Counted from the first letter of the stretch, positions 1 through 10,884 are shown. The stretch is DNA of 64,000 bases from an uncultured bacterium (GCA_963705705.1 CAVPKK010000007.1:256001-320000); one strand, 5' to 3'. Program-made: numbers and translations. The notes: a model not told the origin generated them from the letters alone.

Positions 1-1460
1 CATCAAGTGAAAGTTTCTGTGTTAAATCTTCTGGCGTAAGCACTTGCGCAGCATAAGCTTCCATATGTTCTTTAAGTTCAGGTAAGCGGTCAGCTTTTAA
101 TGATAATCCCGCGGCGTGTGAGTGGCCGCCAAATCGCTCAAGGATATGGGCGCAGTTTTGCAAACCGGCTAAAATATTAAACTCATGAATTGATCGACAA
201 GATCCTTTTGCCATACCATCAGCACCAATATGCAATAATATTGCTGGTCGGCCATACATACCAACTAACCGTGAAGCAACCAAACCGATCACTCCCGGCG
301 GCCAATGGGCGCTCGCTGCAATAATCACCCGTTCGTGGGCCACATTAATTTTGCCTGATTCAATTTCGGCCACAATCCCGCTGAGCACACCACGCTCAAT
401 ATCTTTACGACGCTCATTAAGCTCAAATAAAATGCCGCCAACCTGGGCAATTTCTTGCTCATCGGCGCCGATCAAAAACTTTACGCCCTGCCGCGGATCT
501 TCCAAGCGGCCTAAGGCATTAATTTGTGGCGTAATGTTAAAGCCAATATCGGTTGAAGAGATCTTTTCACGTGTTAGCTTGCTGTTATTTTTCAGCGCTC
601 GAAAGGCAAGGGACTGATTGTTATTTACCATATTAAGGCCATGGCGAACCCAATAACGATTTTCTCCTAGCAATGGCACTACGTCAGCCACTGTGCCAAG
701 GAGTAAAAGCTCATAGGCCTTGGGAGGTAAAGGCAACTTTTTGCGTTCATAGAGTAAGGAAAGAAATTTGAATGTTACCCCAACGCCCGCGAAATATTTA
801 AATGGATATTGGCATCCTGGCTGATGGGGGTGAATAATGGCAAGCGCTGAGGGAAAGCTCCACTACACCGTTCGTCCTGAGCCCGGTCGAAGGGTCAATG
901 GGGTAAACGATTGATGGCTGGTGGTGATCAGTGATGATAATATCAACGCCAAGCTCATTAGCTTTTTTCACCGGACCAAAAGCGGTTGTACCATTATCGA
1001 CGGTGATTAAGAGCTTGTAGCCAGAGTCGGCAGCTCGCTGCACTATTTTCTCTGAAAGGCCATACCCATCTATCACACGATTAGGCAAAAAGAAGTTAAT
1101 ATTAGCGCCCAATGGCAATAGGCATTGCATCATCAAGGCACTAGAAGTAATACCATCGACGTCGTAATCGCCAAAGATCAGGATTTTTTCTTTATGCTCA
1201 ATAGCATACAACAATCGCTCTATGGCTTTTTCAGCATCTTTTAATAATGAAGGATGGGCCACATCTTTTTCAAGTGAGGTAAACAGAAATGAATCGATTA
1301 CTTCTTTGGTAGTCATTCCCCGAGCAAATAGGGTATGCATTATTGGCGTGCACACATTATATTGCGCTGCAGTATGCAATGCTGCCTGCTCATCAATCTC
1401 TGGCAATCGCCAAAGATATTTTGCACCGCGTATTATTTTGTGAGCTGTGGCCACGTGCAT
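1..1460 (-). CDS. recJ: ssDNA exonuclease RecJ (runs off the window; apparent frameshift at ~851-856; in-frame palindrome insertion at ~868-902)
   Basis: N-terminal frame has GDYDVDG, ITVDNG and DHH. A second frame from ~850 continues with YPFKYFAGVGV, LGTVADVVPLLGENR, GVIGLVASRL and FGGHSHAAG. Confidence 0.95.
868..902. repeat. Palindromic repeat family A, copy inside recJ
   Basis: CCGTTCGTCCTGAGCCCGGTCGAAGGGTCAATGG matches the CCTGAG-n5/6-TCGAAGG core of intergenic copies; translated as IDPSTGLRTNG. Confidence 0.85.
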
Positions 1461-1564
1461 GTAAGAAATCCTATGTGCTAAAGGAAAATATTGGATTGCG
1501 TCGCGTATTCTAAATGATTTAGCACATGATTAAAAGGATAATTGAAGAATGCAATTTGTTTGGC

Positions 1565-3118
1565 TTATTCCTCAATATGAACTACCGGTTCTTGCTCTAC
1601 CTGCTCATGATGTTCCGCCGGTTTTAATTTCAACGTTGGGAATAGAATCACATCTTTAATTGAAGTGGTATTGGTCATGAGCATCGTAAGCCGATCAATA
1701 CCGATACCACAGCCAACGTTTGGTGGTAAGCCATACTCAAGGGCTTGGACATATTCAGCATCGTAATGCATGGCTTCAATATCGCCGCCGGCATGTGCGC
1801 GTGCTTGTTCCTTAAATCGGTCTGCTTGATCAAAAGGATCATTGAGCTCATTAAAACCATTGGCAATTTCCATGCCAGCAATATACAGCTCATAGCGAGC
1901 TGCTGTGTGAGGATCTTGTGGATCACATTTTGAAAGCGGAGAAAGCTCAACCGGAAACCCTACGATGTAGGTTGGTTGAATCAAGTGCGGTTCGGCCAGC
2001 TCCTCGAATAGTGCAAAGGTTTTTACCGCTAGGGAAGCATCCGGCTTTACCTTAACTTCATATTGCTGAATAAGCTTATCGATATTTGCTTCAGTCAAAT
2101 CAGCTTCTTTTACACCGCCGAATTTAACCAGCGCATCCTTTGGCGAAATACGTAAGAAAGGTTTTTCAAAATCTATGATATGAGTACCAAACGGAATCTG
2201 CAAACCACCATTGGTATTGAATGCAGCCTTTCTAATCAACTGCTCAATCATTTCCATGCTTTGCCGATAATCAATATAGGCAATATTGATATCGATCATC
2301 GTAAATTCTGGATTGTGGCGTGTTGAAATGCCTTCGTTGCGAAACACTCGGCCGATTTCGTACACCCGCTCAAAACTGCCAAGAATAAGCCGTTTAATAT
2401 ATAGCTCGGCCGCTACTCGTAAATATAAATCCATATGCAGTGCATTATGATGCGTAATGAATGGACGAGCAGCCGCCCCGCCAGGGATTGGATGCAAAAT
2501 AGGTGTTTCTACTTCCAGAAAATCGCGCTCATCCAAGAATGAACGAATGGTTTGAATAATCTTTGCCCTTTTGCGGAATCGCTCGCGACTCTCAGAAGAG
2601 GAAATAAGATCTAAGTAACGTTGACGATAGCGGAGTTCTACATCAGAAATACCATGGAATTTTTCAGGCAATGGGTACAGACATTTACTGAGCAATTTAA
2701 AATCATGAACCTCGAGGGTAATCTCGCCGGTTTTTGTTTTAAAAGCTGAGCCTTTTAGCCAAACTATGTCACCGATATCGAAAAAATGCATGAAGAAGTT
2801 AAAGCGATCATCGCCGAGCACATCTTTGCGTAAATAGATTTGCAAACGACCGGTGTAGTCCAAAATATGCCCAAAGGCTGTTTTGCCATGGCTACGGCTT
2901 GAAACCAATCGGCCGGCCAAGGTATGAGTCTGCGCTGGTTGATCAGGCATGAACGTACGAATTATATCCTTGGCAGTACTGTTCACCGGCTCATAGGTTG
3001 CTGGCCATGGGTCGATGCCCATTTCGCGTAATTTGCGCACTTTTTCTAGGCGTATTGCATGTTGTTCTGATGGCGTGAGAGTAACAATTGGCGTTTGGTT
3101 TTCCATAGTTCGGTTCAT
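1565..3118 (-). CDS. lysS: Lysine--tRNA ligase (class II)
   Basis: RYRQRYLDL, GGAAARPF, FRNEGISTRHNPEFT, ALEYGLPP and GIGIDRL motifs. Confidence 0.98.
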   Translation of the reverse strand: MNRTMENQTPIVTLTPSEQHAIRLEKVRKLREMGIDPWPATYEPVNSTAKDIIRTFMPDQPAQTHTLAGRLVSSRSHGKTAFGHILDYTGRLQIYLRKDVLGDDRFNFFMHFFDIGDIVWLKGSAFKTKTGEITLEVHDFKLLSKCLYPLPEKFHGISDVELRYRQRYLDLISSSESRERFRKRAKIIQTIRSFLDERDFLEVETPILHPIPGGAAARPFITHHNALHMDLYLRVAAELYIKRLILGSFERVYEIGRVFRNEGISTRHNPEFTMIDINIAYIDYRQSMEMIEQLIRKAAFNTNGGLQIPFGTHIIDFEKPFLRISPKDALVKFGGVKEADLTEANIDKLIQQYEVKVKPDASLAVKTFALFEELAEPHLIQPTYIVGFPVELSPLSKCDPQDPHTAARYELYIAGMEIANGFNELNDPFDQADRFKEQARAHAGGDIEAMHYDAEYVQALEYGLPPNVGCGIGIDRLTMLMTNTTSIKDVILFPTLKLKPAEHHEQVEQEPVVHIEE

Positions 3119-3251
3119 CCATAAGGCATATTAGTAAAGCGACAACAGTATACCATTTCCCTGCTAAGCGGACAGGCACCAAGCTTGCCAAACACCAAAC
3201 ACCTGATATTGTTGTTTTATCATTTTTTCTTTTCACATTTAAGGAGATCCC

Positions 3252-3884
3252 ATGCGTTTGAATGGTTGCAGTATTTTACTTATTGGTTTAGTTCTCGGAT
3301 TTGCCGGCGGCTACTATGTAAGTATGAAAATGGGCGGCTGCAAAGCCAGTGTAACGAAATGCACCCCACTTCGTTGCGACATGCGAAAACTATTTGCTGA
3401 ACACGTATGGTGGACTCTCACTGGCAATTTTATCACTGATCGGTGATACCCTGATAAACAAGCTAATCTAGATCGTCTGATGAAAAATCAGGATGATATT
3501 GGCGCTAAGTTTACCCATTTCTATGGCAAAGAAACCGGCGATGAACTTGCCAAGCTATTAAAAGCTCATGAAGAAGCAGCCGGCGCTTATATAGAAGCAT
3601 CAAAGAAAAAAGAAGATGTTGAAGCTAAGCATAAAGCGATGATAACAGCCGTTGAGCCTATTGCAGCACTACTGGCCAAGGCGAATCCTAACTGGCAAGA
3701 AGCCAACCTGCTCGAGCTATGGCAACAACATATCACTATGATTGGTAAGTCGATCGATGATCGCCTCAGCCAAGAATGGACTCAAGACATCCATCAATGG
3801 GATCAAGTCTTTGATGAGGCAATGAAAATGTCTGATGTACTTACCGAAGGAATTCAAAAGCAATTTCCTGGTAAGTCTGAATAA
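3252..3884 (+). CDS. Membrane-anchored helical hypothetical protein, split by apparent compensating indels at ~3417-3452
   Basis: ORFs 3252-3446 and 3480-3884 share a frame and are separated by one TGA. The shifted frame between them reads LAILSLIGDT, joining MRKLFAEHVWWT to PDKQANLDRLMKNQDDIG. Confidence 0.6.
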
Positions 3885-3895
3885 GCCAAATCTTC

Positions 3896-3932
3896 CGCGC
3901 TCTGATCCTTCGATCAACTCAGGATGAGCGCG
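3896..3932. repeat. Palindromic repeat family A, intergenic copy
   Basis: Reverse complement differs from 39172-39207 at one position. Confidence 0.9.
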
Positions 3933-3990
3933 TTCCAATTTATGCCCGCCTAGAGTTGATTTAATAGGCGGGCACTTAAAGAAGAGTATT

Positions 3991-5532
3991 ATGCTTATCT
4001 ATATATTAATGAGTCTTATTTTAGGCACTTCATTAATAGCCAAACAACCCGATCTTACACCACAAGATGCCTACGACCGCGAGTTGTACCATTGGACACG
4101 TACCCTATCAGAGGCGTTTGATGCGGTTAAGAAAAAGTATTACACCAAAAATCTTGATCCAAAAGATGCGATACTCAAAGCAATAAGTGCATTTGTGAGT
4201 ATCGATCCTCATTCCTCCTTTTTAGATCCCAAAGCTTATGAAGAGATTCTTAAAGCAACAAGCGGTGAATTCTTCGGCATCGGTGTCATTATTAGTAATA
4301 AAAATCCAGATGAAGAATTCTTAGCGGTTATAGATACATTGCCTGAAGGGCCGGCAGAAAAAGCAGGATTGCGCGCCGGAGATAAAATCATTCAAGTTGA
4401 TGCCACTGCCTTACGCGGAATTTCAGCTGATGAAGCAACGGCGAAACTTAAGGGTGAGCGCCATTCAAAAGTGCAAGTTAAAGTTTTACGCGAGGGATAC
4501 CCTGAACCATTAGTATTTGATATCACTCGTGACGTGGTCAAAGAAAAAAATTCATTATGCTACTTCTTTAAAGATCATAACGTTTACTATCTACATCTCA
4601 ACATGTTCACACAGAATGCATTTAACCAACTTACTTCCCTGCTCAAGAAAGCTCAAAAACAGCAATGCAAAGGAATTATTATAGATCTGCGTAACAACTC
4701 AGGCGGCTTACTTACCTCAGCCGTTGATATTTCGGGGCTATTTGTGCCCAAAGGGAGTCTGATTGTAACGACAAAAGATCGTGATAATAAAGTTACTGAT
4801 GAATATCGCACAAACAAAGAACCAATCATGGATGGTTCTTCAATACCTATTTTTATCCTGATTAATAATTTCACGGCATCAGCCGCCGAGATCTTAGCCG
4901 GCTGCTTAAAGGTCTATTCTGAAAAATTGAATGACGGAACCAAATCTGCCAAGGGTGCATTAGCAAACGGGTCAACAAAAAAAGTAAATGAAACCCCCGA
5001 AAAAAAGTCATTCTTGAGCAAGGTATTACAGCCTAAAAAAGAAAAACCTCGATTGCCAGTTTTCTTAGTTGGCAACCGCACATTTGGCAAAGGATCGGTT
5101 CAAGAAGTGATACCAGTAAGCAATGATTGCGCAATCAAGCTTACTACTGCACTTTATTTCCTTCCCAATGATGAAACCATTCAAGGTGTTGGCATTCAAC
5201 CTGATATTGAATTTGAACGAAAATTTCCCCCACCAGCCCAAGTGCAATGGGTAAGTCAATTTTATGGCCGCGAGAGTGCTCTCAAGGGAAGTATCAAAAC
5301 ACCTGGCCAGAAAGATGAAAAGAAGAAGCAGAATAAAAAAGGCGAGAAAGAAAATTGGAAAGAGAAGCGCAAAGAAGCAATCGCCAGCGATTCACAAATT
5401 CATGACACTATTACGTGCATCAATATTTTATCCGCTATGCCCCAGGCATGGCACACCCGCGCCGATGCCATTAAATTGCTTAAATCAACCATTGCCTCTG
5501 GCGATGGACTAAACATGGTCGAAGTAGAATAG
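3991..5532 (+). CDS. ctpA: S41 family carboxyl-terminal processing protease (PDZ + peptidase)
   Basis: Signal peptide, GEFFGIG PDZ start, DLRNNSGG, TASAAEI, TFGKGSVQ, IQGVGIQPD. Confidence 0.93.
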   Translation: MLIYILMSLILGTSLIAKQPDLTPQDAYDRELYHWTRTLSEAFDAVKKKYYTKNLDPKDAILKAISAFVSIDPHSSFLDPKAYEEILKATSGEFFGIGVIISNKNPDEEFLAVIDTLPEGPAEKAGLRAGDKIIQVDATALRGISADEATAKLKGERHSKVQVKVLREGYPEPLVFDITRDVVKEKNSLCYFFKDHNVYYLHLNMFTQNAFNQLTSLLKKAQKQQCKGIIIDLRNNSGGLLTSAVDISGLFVPKGSLIVTTKDRDNKVTDEYRTNKEPIMDGSSIPIFILINNFTASAAEILAGCLKVYSEKLNDGTKSAKGALANGSTKKVNETPEKKSFLSKVLQPKKEKPRLPVFLVGNRTFGKGSVQEVIPVSNDCAIKLTTALYFLPNDETIQGVGIQPDIEFERKFPPPAQVQWVSQFYGRESALKGSIKTPGQKDEKKKQNKKGEKENWKEKRKEAIASDSQIHDTITCINILSAMPQAWHTRADAIKLLKSTIASGDGLNMVEVE

Positions 5533-5535
5533 CAG

Positions 5536-5557
5536 CCAGGGCACAGCCCTGGACCCG
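5536..5557 (+). repeat. Palindromic repeat family B
   Basis: CCAGGGCACAGCCCTGGACCCG directly after the ctpA stop codon. Confidence 0.75.
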
Positions 5558-5629
5558 CTATGCAATTTATTTCGCAGTAGGCTGTTTTCGTTTTACCAAG
5601 AACAGCAATAGCGTGAAAAAAAATAAATC

Positions 5630-6232
5630 CTACTTCTCAAACAGCTCAGTAACTTTGTCCCAGTTCACGACATTCCACCAGGCATTGATGTAATCCGGCC
5701 GGCGCCATTGATATTTGAGATAGTAGGCATGCTCCCAAACGTCGAGGCCGAGTAATGGTTTTACACCTTCCATTATCGTCGCATCTTGATTGGCGGTCGA
5801 GATAACATTCAGCTTGCCATCCTTATCGCGCACGAGCCAAGACCAACCACTGCCGAATCGAGTTTTGGCCGCATTATTAAACTTTGTCTGAAATTCTTCG
5901 AAGGTGCCAAAGGTCTTTTTGATTTCATCACCAAGCTTACCTTTTGGCTCACCACCACCATTTTTTTTCATCCATTGCCAAAATAATGAGTGATTAAAAT
6001 GACCGCCACCGTTATTGCGCACGGCCGTTTGTAGAGCCTCGGGAAGTTGTTTGATATGAGTAAGTAGTTCTTCCAACGTCTTTTTTTGCAATTCAGGATA
6101 TGCCTCAAGAGCCTTATTCAAATTATCGACGTATGCCTTATGGTGATGCTCGTAATGAATTTCCATCGTTTTGGCATCGATATATGGTTCCAGTGCTCCA
6201 AAATCGTAGGGCATTTTCGGCAGGGTAAACAT
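5630..6232 (-). CDS. sodA: Fe/Mn superoxide dismutase (Mn-type signature)
   Basis: [27 protein letters not shown]. Confidence 0.96.
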   Translation of the reverse strand: MFTLPKMPYDFGALEPYIDAKTMEIHYEHHHKAYVDNLNKALEAYPELQKKTLEELLTHIKQLPEALQTAVRNNGGGHFNHSLFWQWMKKNGGGEPKGKLGDEIKKTFGTFEEFQTKFNNAAKTRFGSGWSWLVRDKDGKLNVISTANQDATIMEGVKPLLGLDVWEHAYYLKYQWRRPDYINAWWNVVNWDKVTELFEK

Positions 6233-6241
6233 CTCTTCTCC

Positions 6242-6541
6242 TTAGGTGTAAAAAATTATTTCATTCGGTCTTGCCATGTGTAAATGTTCGCGGGCCAATT
6301 TTTCTTGATAAAAAGGATCAGATTTCCAAGCTACAATTTCATGATCCAAAGCTTTTACTTGTGATTGGACGAGTCCCAATTCTGCATCGAGTTGAACATT
6401 TGCTGCCTGCAATTGATGCAACGCCTGAATTCCCTGCGCGCCAAATAAATAAAGGCAGGTAAATAATATTATTTCGAGGCAAAAGAATCCGCGTAATAGT
6501 TTTTTCTTGATGAAGTTTTTTTGAATAATAACCTTGGTCAT
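6242..6541 (-). CDS. FtsB/DivIC-like septum formation initiator
   Basis: Single TM segment, coiled coil, then EKLAREHLHMARPNE. Confidence 0.8.
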   Translation of the reverse strand: MTKVIIQKNFIKKKLLRGFFCLEIILFTCLYLFGAQGIQALHQLQAANVQLDAELGLVQSQVKALDHEIVAWKSDPFYQEKLAREHLHMARPNEIIFYT

Positions 6542-6656
6542 CCATCTCCCCTCTTTTTATAAGTTAATTTTCGTTACTTGGCTGAAAAGGCAGAACTGAG
6601 CGAACGTTGGAGCTTTGCTCCTAGGAAGCGAAGATCTTGCCTTAAAGCCACGAAAA

Positions 6657-7511
6657 TCACTCTCGCCCGATATCTCGGTGTGCTACTAAAAAGGTTACCG
6701 CATCCAGTTTTTGTTTTGCAAGCTCTTCGACCAAAGTGACGGAACGATGCTTACCACCCGTACATCCGATAGCAATCTGCATAAAGAATCGCCCTTCCTC
6801 CTGGCTCTTTTTTATGGCAAATGTGCAAAAATCATGAAGACGGTTCCAATATTCCTGAACGGTCGGTTCAGCAAACAAAAAAGAACGAATGAGTGGGTCT
6901 TTGCCTGTTAAATGCCGCAACCGCGGCACAAAATAGGGATTAGGAAGCGAACGCACATCATATACATAGTTACATTCTTGTGGCACGCCGTATTTAAATC
7001 CGAATGAAGTAAGGCTTACTACCATAGTCTGTGGCGTATCATCACGTGAAAAGGCAGCATGCACAAAAGCACGAAGCTGGTGCATATTAAAATTGCCAGT
7101 ATCAACGACCAACTCTGCAGATGCTAGTAACGGTTGTAGCAACAATTTTTCTTGATCTATTGCTTCAATTATAGTGCTATTTCCATTGGCCAGCGGGTGT
7201 TTACGTCTCGTTTCCTGAAAGCGTTTTATTAATTCGCCAGTGGCCGTTGTCAAAAAAAGAATGAGATGCTCATCTTGATTTATCAGCTCAAGCAGTTCTT
7301 CGATATGAGTTCCCGCCCGCACATCGATGCCGAGTGCAATGCGTTTATGAATTGAACAATGCGTTGAATTGCGCACATACTCAAAAAAAGCAGGTAATAA
7401 CGGCAACGGTAGATTATCAACGCAAAAGAAGCCGAGATCCTCAAGTGCTTTGAGCACCGTGGTCTTTCCGGCTCCTGAATAACCTGTGACGATTAAGGTC
7501 GTTTGTTCCAT
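6657..7511 (-). CDS. rapZ: RNase adapter RapZ/YvcJ P-loop protein
   Basis: GYSGAGKT, CVDNLP, RFQETRRKHPL, SFGFKYG, LPNPY, IGCTGGKHRSV. Confidence 0.96.
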   Translation of the reverse strand: MEQTTLIVTGYSGAGKTTVLKALEDLGFFCVDNLPLPLLPAFFEYVRNSTHCSIHKRIALGIDVRAGTHIEELLELINQDEHLILFLTTATGELIKRFQETRRKHPLANGNSTIIEAIDQEKLLLQPLLASAELVVDTGNFNMHQLRAFVHAAFSRDDTPQTMVVSLTSFGFKYGVPQECNYVYDVRSLPNPYFVPRLRHLTGKDPLIRSFLFAEPTVQEYWNRLHDFCTFAIKKSQEEGRFFMQIAIGCTGGKHRSVTLVEELAKQKLDAVTFLVAHRDIGRE

Positions 7512-7566
7512 GATAAAACTACCTTTACCACCAATTACCGCATATTAAGTCCAAGGCTCGCCCGGA

Positions 7567-9411
7567 TCATTCTACCGTTACAGATTTGGCCAAGTTACGC
7601 GGCTTATCAATCGGGCAACCAAGCTCCTTAGCAATGGCATATGAAAGGAACTGCATTAAACCGGTCATCGCCAATGGACCAAGTAGCGGATGAACTTTAG
7701 GAATCATAAACACACAATCGGCCAATGAAATAAGTTCTGTTTGCCCCTCAAATGCAAAGGCAATGATATGCCCCTTGCGCGCTTTTACTTCTTGGGCATT
7801 GGCCACCAATTTTTGATAAATGATTGGGTCAAGGGAAGAGAATAGGAATACTGGAGTTTGCGCATCGATAAGGGCAATCGGCCCGTGCTTAAGCTCCCCT
7901 GCCGGATACCCCTGGGCAAAAATGTAGGAAATTTCCTTCAGCTTGAGAGCAGCTTCCAAGGCAAATGGATAGCTTAAATGACGCCCTAAAAATATCGCGC
8001 GATTAAATTGGGCATATCGCTTGGCTAATGTGTTAGTAATTTCTTTCCGATAGTTTTCGATAGTACTCTCCAACACTTCGGCTGCTATCAATAGATCATC
8101 TTCGGCAGCCTGCAATTGGCGTTGTGTGATTAACCCTTTATCCAAGGCGATCCGATGAGCCAACCAAAAAAGAACGGCGACTTGTGTTGAGAATGCCTTT
8201 GTTGAAGCGACTGCAATTTCTGGTCCGGCATGGGTGATTAAGAAACCATTGGCTTCACGCACCATGGTACTCGATGGCACATTAGTTAATGCCACCGTAA
8301 TGCACCCCTTACCATTTATCATGCGCACAGCTTCAAGCGTGTCGGCTGTTTCGCCTGATTGTGAAATGGCAATATATATACTGTTCTTATCCTTGAAGAA
8401 TGACATCTGCCTGAACTCTGATGCTAAATGCACCGACGTTGGCAATTTTGTAATTTCTTCAAAGAAAAATTGGGCTATGCGCGCGGCATGCCATGACGTA
8501 CCACAGCCTATGAGCTTAATGCTCAGTAACTCCTTCAACTGATCTTTACTAACTTCCATTTGCTTGTACAAATTATTGCCAAGCTGTTGGTAATATTTAA
8601 CAGAGGATGCAATAACCCCCTTTTGCTCGTAAATTTCCTTGAGCATGTAATGATCATGGCCACGCTTTTCGGTATCAGACCAATCAATCGATAATTCCTG
8701 AACTTCTGGCTCGAGTAGTTTGCCTGAGAATGAATATAACTCTGCCCCGCCAGCCTTCATGAGCACAAAGGTTTCATCGGGCACATAGATCACCTTCTTA
8801 GTCCGTCCGGCAAAAGCTAGTGGATCTGATGCCACAAACAGCTCATCTTTACCAATGCCGATACACAACGGCGAACGCTTGCGTACGGCGATCATGTGAT
8901 CAGGAAAGCTCTGCATGATGGCAACGAAGGCATATGCTCCGTGGAGCTTATTAACCAACTCTACCATTGCCGGCTTGATCTGCTTATGAATTGGCAACAT
9001 AGCCTCGAGACTGTGGGCAATGACTTCAGTATCGGTGTCTGAGCTAAAAGTATGGCCAGCCGCCTTGAGCTCTTCGCGTAATTCGTGGTGATTTTCAATG
9101 ATGCCATTATGGACTACTGAAATACTCTTTTGGCAATCAAAATGAGGATGCGCATTCGCTTCAGTCGCTGCACCATGTGTAGACCAACGGGTATGGCCGA
9201 TGCCAAGATGACCATCAACTGGCATTTGTTTGCATTTGGCAAGAAGATTTTGCAATTGGCCCTGAGATTTTACATAGGCTAGGCGATTGCTTTCTGGACT
9301 GATACAGGCAAATCCTGCTGAATCATACCCGCGATATTCAAGACGAGACAAACCTTCAAGAACGAAGGCCTTGCTTTGATTTTTTCCTACATACCCTACA
9401 ACACTGCACAT
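7567..9411 (-). CDS. glmS: Glutamine--fructose-6-phosphate aminotransferase
   Basis: N-terminal MC, LEYRGYDSAG, GHTRW, SQSGETADT, ELKHGP, PRNLAKSVTVE. Confidence 0.98.
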   Translation of the reverse strand: MCSVVGYVGKNQSKAFVLEGLSRLEYRGYDSAGFACISPESNRLAYVKSQGQLQNLLAKCKQMPVDGHLGIGHTRWSTHGAATEANAHPHFDCQKSISVVHNGIIENHHELREELKAAGHTFSSDTDTEVIAHSLEAMLPIHKQIKPAMVELVNKLHGAYAFVAIMQSFPDHMIAVRKRSPLCIGIGKDELFVASDPLAFAGRTKKVIYVPDETFVLMKAGGAELYSFSGKLLEPEVQELSIDWSDTEKRGHDHYMLKEIYEQKGVIASSVKYYQQLGNNLYKQMEVSKDQLKELLSIKLIGCGTSWHAARIAQFFFEEITKLPTSVHLASEFRQMSFFKDKNSIYIAISQSGETADTLEAVRMINGKGCITVALTNVPSSTMVREANGFLITHAGPEIAVASTKAFSTQVAVLFWLAHRIALDKGLITQRQLQAAEDDLLIAAEVLESTIENYRKEITNTLAKRYAQFNRAIFLGRHLSYPFALEAALKLKEISYIFAQGYPAGELKHGPIALIDAQTPVFLFSSLDPIIYQKLVANAQEVKARKGHIIAFAFEGQTELISLADCVFMIPKVHPLLGPLAMTGLMQFLSYAIAKELGCPIDKPRNLAKSVTVE

Positions 9412-9453
9412 ATGTGTTCCTTATTAATAAGTTTATGTAGCAACACAATAGCA

Positions 9454-9486
9454 TAAATAAAGCCCCGGACAAATCCGAGGCATTTT
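9454..9486 (-). terminator. Intrinsic terminator-like hairpin after the MYND gene
   Basis: Minus strand GCCTCGGA-TTTG-TCCGGGGC followed by TTTATTT. Confidence 0.65.
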
Positions 9487-9527
9487 GTTCTATCACTGAA
9501 AATTTTGTTAATTTTTTAAATTTCTGG

Positions 9528-10721
9528 TTATTCCTTTTCTTCACAACCTTGCCAATGCTTTGCCTGGCATTCTGTACTGCAGAACCAAACAGCTTTGCAT
9601 CGTGGGCACCGCTGCATTTCTTGCTTTGCTTGGCCGCAATTGGCGCAGACTATTGCCATGCTGGTTGGCTGAGTTGGCAAGAAGTTACTACTGATACGAG
9701 TAATCTTTTTCTCATCATCATCGGTTAAAGCTGACATTGGCAGACCAAGCACTTTACCAATAGTAGCAAACGCCTTTTTTAGATTGAGGGCAATATCTAG
9801 AGCGCTTATATCACCGCTTGGAATTCCTCGAATAAAGCTTGTGGTTATATCATCCTGAAATGTGGCAAATTTTTTTGTGGCAAATTTTCCCGCAGATGCA
9901 ACAGATTGATAGCCCATTAAAGAAAGTGGTTCAATTAAATTATCAATTCGTTGACCTTCAATTAATAATAAAATGTGCTTAATGTTTGACTGTTGAGCTA
10001 TGAGGTGCGGAATGCGCGCATCGACCAACTTTTCTACTAACCCACCCAATTGATCAATCAAATTTAACTTACGCATCGAACTAAACTCCAAGCGTGCCAC
10101 GGCAAGCGGAATTTTACTAAAATCTTTGAGTTCCTCTGGCGCAGAAGATTGAGTAACTTCAACATTAAGCTGGGTAAGCAAAGAAAAGAAATTAGATGCA
10201 ATAATTTTTTCTTTTTGGCCTGCATTAAGCGCAATCTGTCTACAGTCTGCATTAATCAGCGGCCAATTTCTTTCTTTAAAGAGATCGGTTGCATGTGACA
10301 AAAGACCGATCTCGCCAACAGTCATTTTTTGCCTCATGTTCATTCTGAGGCGACAAATATGTTGGCTCAACACCTCATCCTTTCCGCCATACTCAAAGAG
10401 ATCTTCATTGATAAGAATGAATTGGCCAACACCGAGTTGTTGGGCATAAGTAATCAGTTGTTCGCCCTGCGCAATAGTCATTTGGTCAAGCTTTTCCTTA
10501 AAAGCAGCTTGAACCCTGCTGAACATAGTCGCGCCAACCTCCCCTCGTTGTTTATTGAGATCGAGCGATAAACATTCACAAGGCATTACGGCAAGACAAT
10601 GAAGGAAGTAGTCTTGCCCGTTAATAACCCTTTTCAAAACATTCACGCGACAGATAATTGCCTCTGCCATTGATGCGGATAATAAGACTGATAAAAGACT
10701 AAAGATAAGTTTAAGTTTCAC
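9528..10721 (-). CDS. Secreted protein with C-terminal MYND-type zinc finger
   Basis: Signal peptide; ends with CANC-x9-CPRC-x5-CSTEC-x3-HW-x2-C. Confidence 0.85.
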   Translation of the reverse strand: MKLKLIFSLLSVLLSASMAEAIICRVNVLKRVINGQDYFLHCLAVMPCECLSLDLNKQRGEVGATMFSRVQAAFKEKLDQMTIAQGEQLITYAQQLGVGQFILINEDLFEYGGKDEVLSQHICRLRMNMRQKMTVGEIGLLSHATDLFKERNWPLINADCRQIALNAGQKEKIIASNFFSLLTQLNVEVTQSSAPEELKDFSKIPLAVARLEFSSMRKLNLIDQLGGLVEKLVDARIPHLIAQQSNIKHILLLIEGQRIDNLIEPLSLMGYQSVASAGKFATKKFATFQDDITTSFIRGIPSGDISALDIALNLKKAFATIGKVLGLPMSALTDDDEKKITRISSNFLPTQPTSMAIVCANCGQAKQEMQRCPRCKAVWFCSTECQAKHWQGCEEKE

Positions 10722-10804
10722 CTGATTCCTCTTTGAATTATGGGTAAAAAGTGCCAGTTCCTTTTCAATTGGTCAAAAAAGGGCCTGAGCCAAATTTAGG
10801 CATG

Positions 10805-10834
10805 AAAAAGCCTCGGAGATAATCCGAGGCCTTT
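10805..10834 (-). terminator. Intrinsic terminator after rpsI
   Basis: GCCTCGGA-TTATC-TCCGAGGC followed by TTTTT on the minus strand. Confidence 0.8.
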
Positions 10835-10884
10835 TGAAATTGGAAAGTCCGCCTACGCAGCGAATCCAGGGCTTCCCTGGTAGT

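Noticed and set aside
3444..3446. In-frame TGA suggesting selenocysteine or TGA recoding
   Set aside because: A shifted frame gives a more protein-like sequence across the site, and TGA is used as a stop in rapZ and glmS.
3717..3938. ORF starting MERAHPELIEGSER as a third repeat-containing protein
   Set aside because: It is the family A repeat read antisense to a real gene; no evidence it is coding.
9412..9527. glmS ribozyme upstream of glmS
   Set aside because: The short AT-rich spacer has only a terminator-like hairpin and no recognisable ribozyme core.
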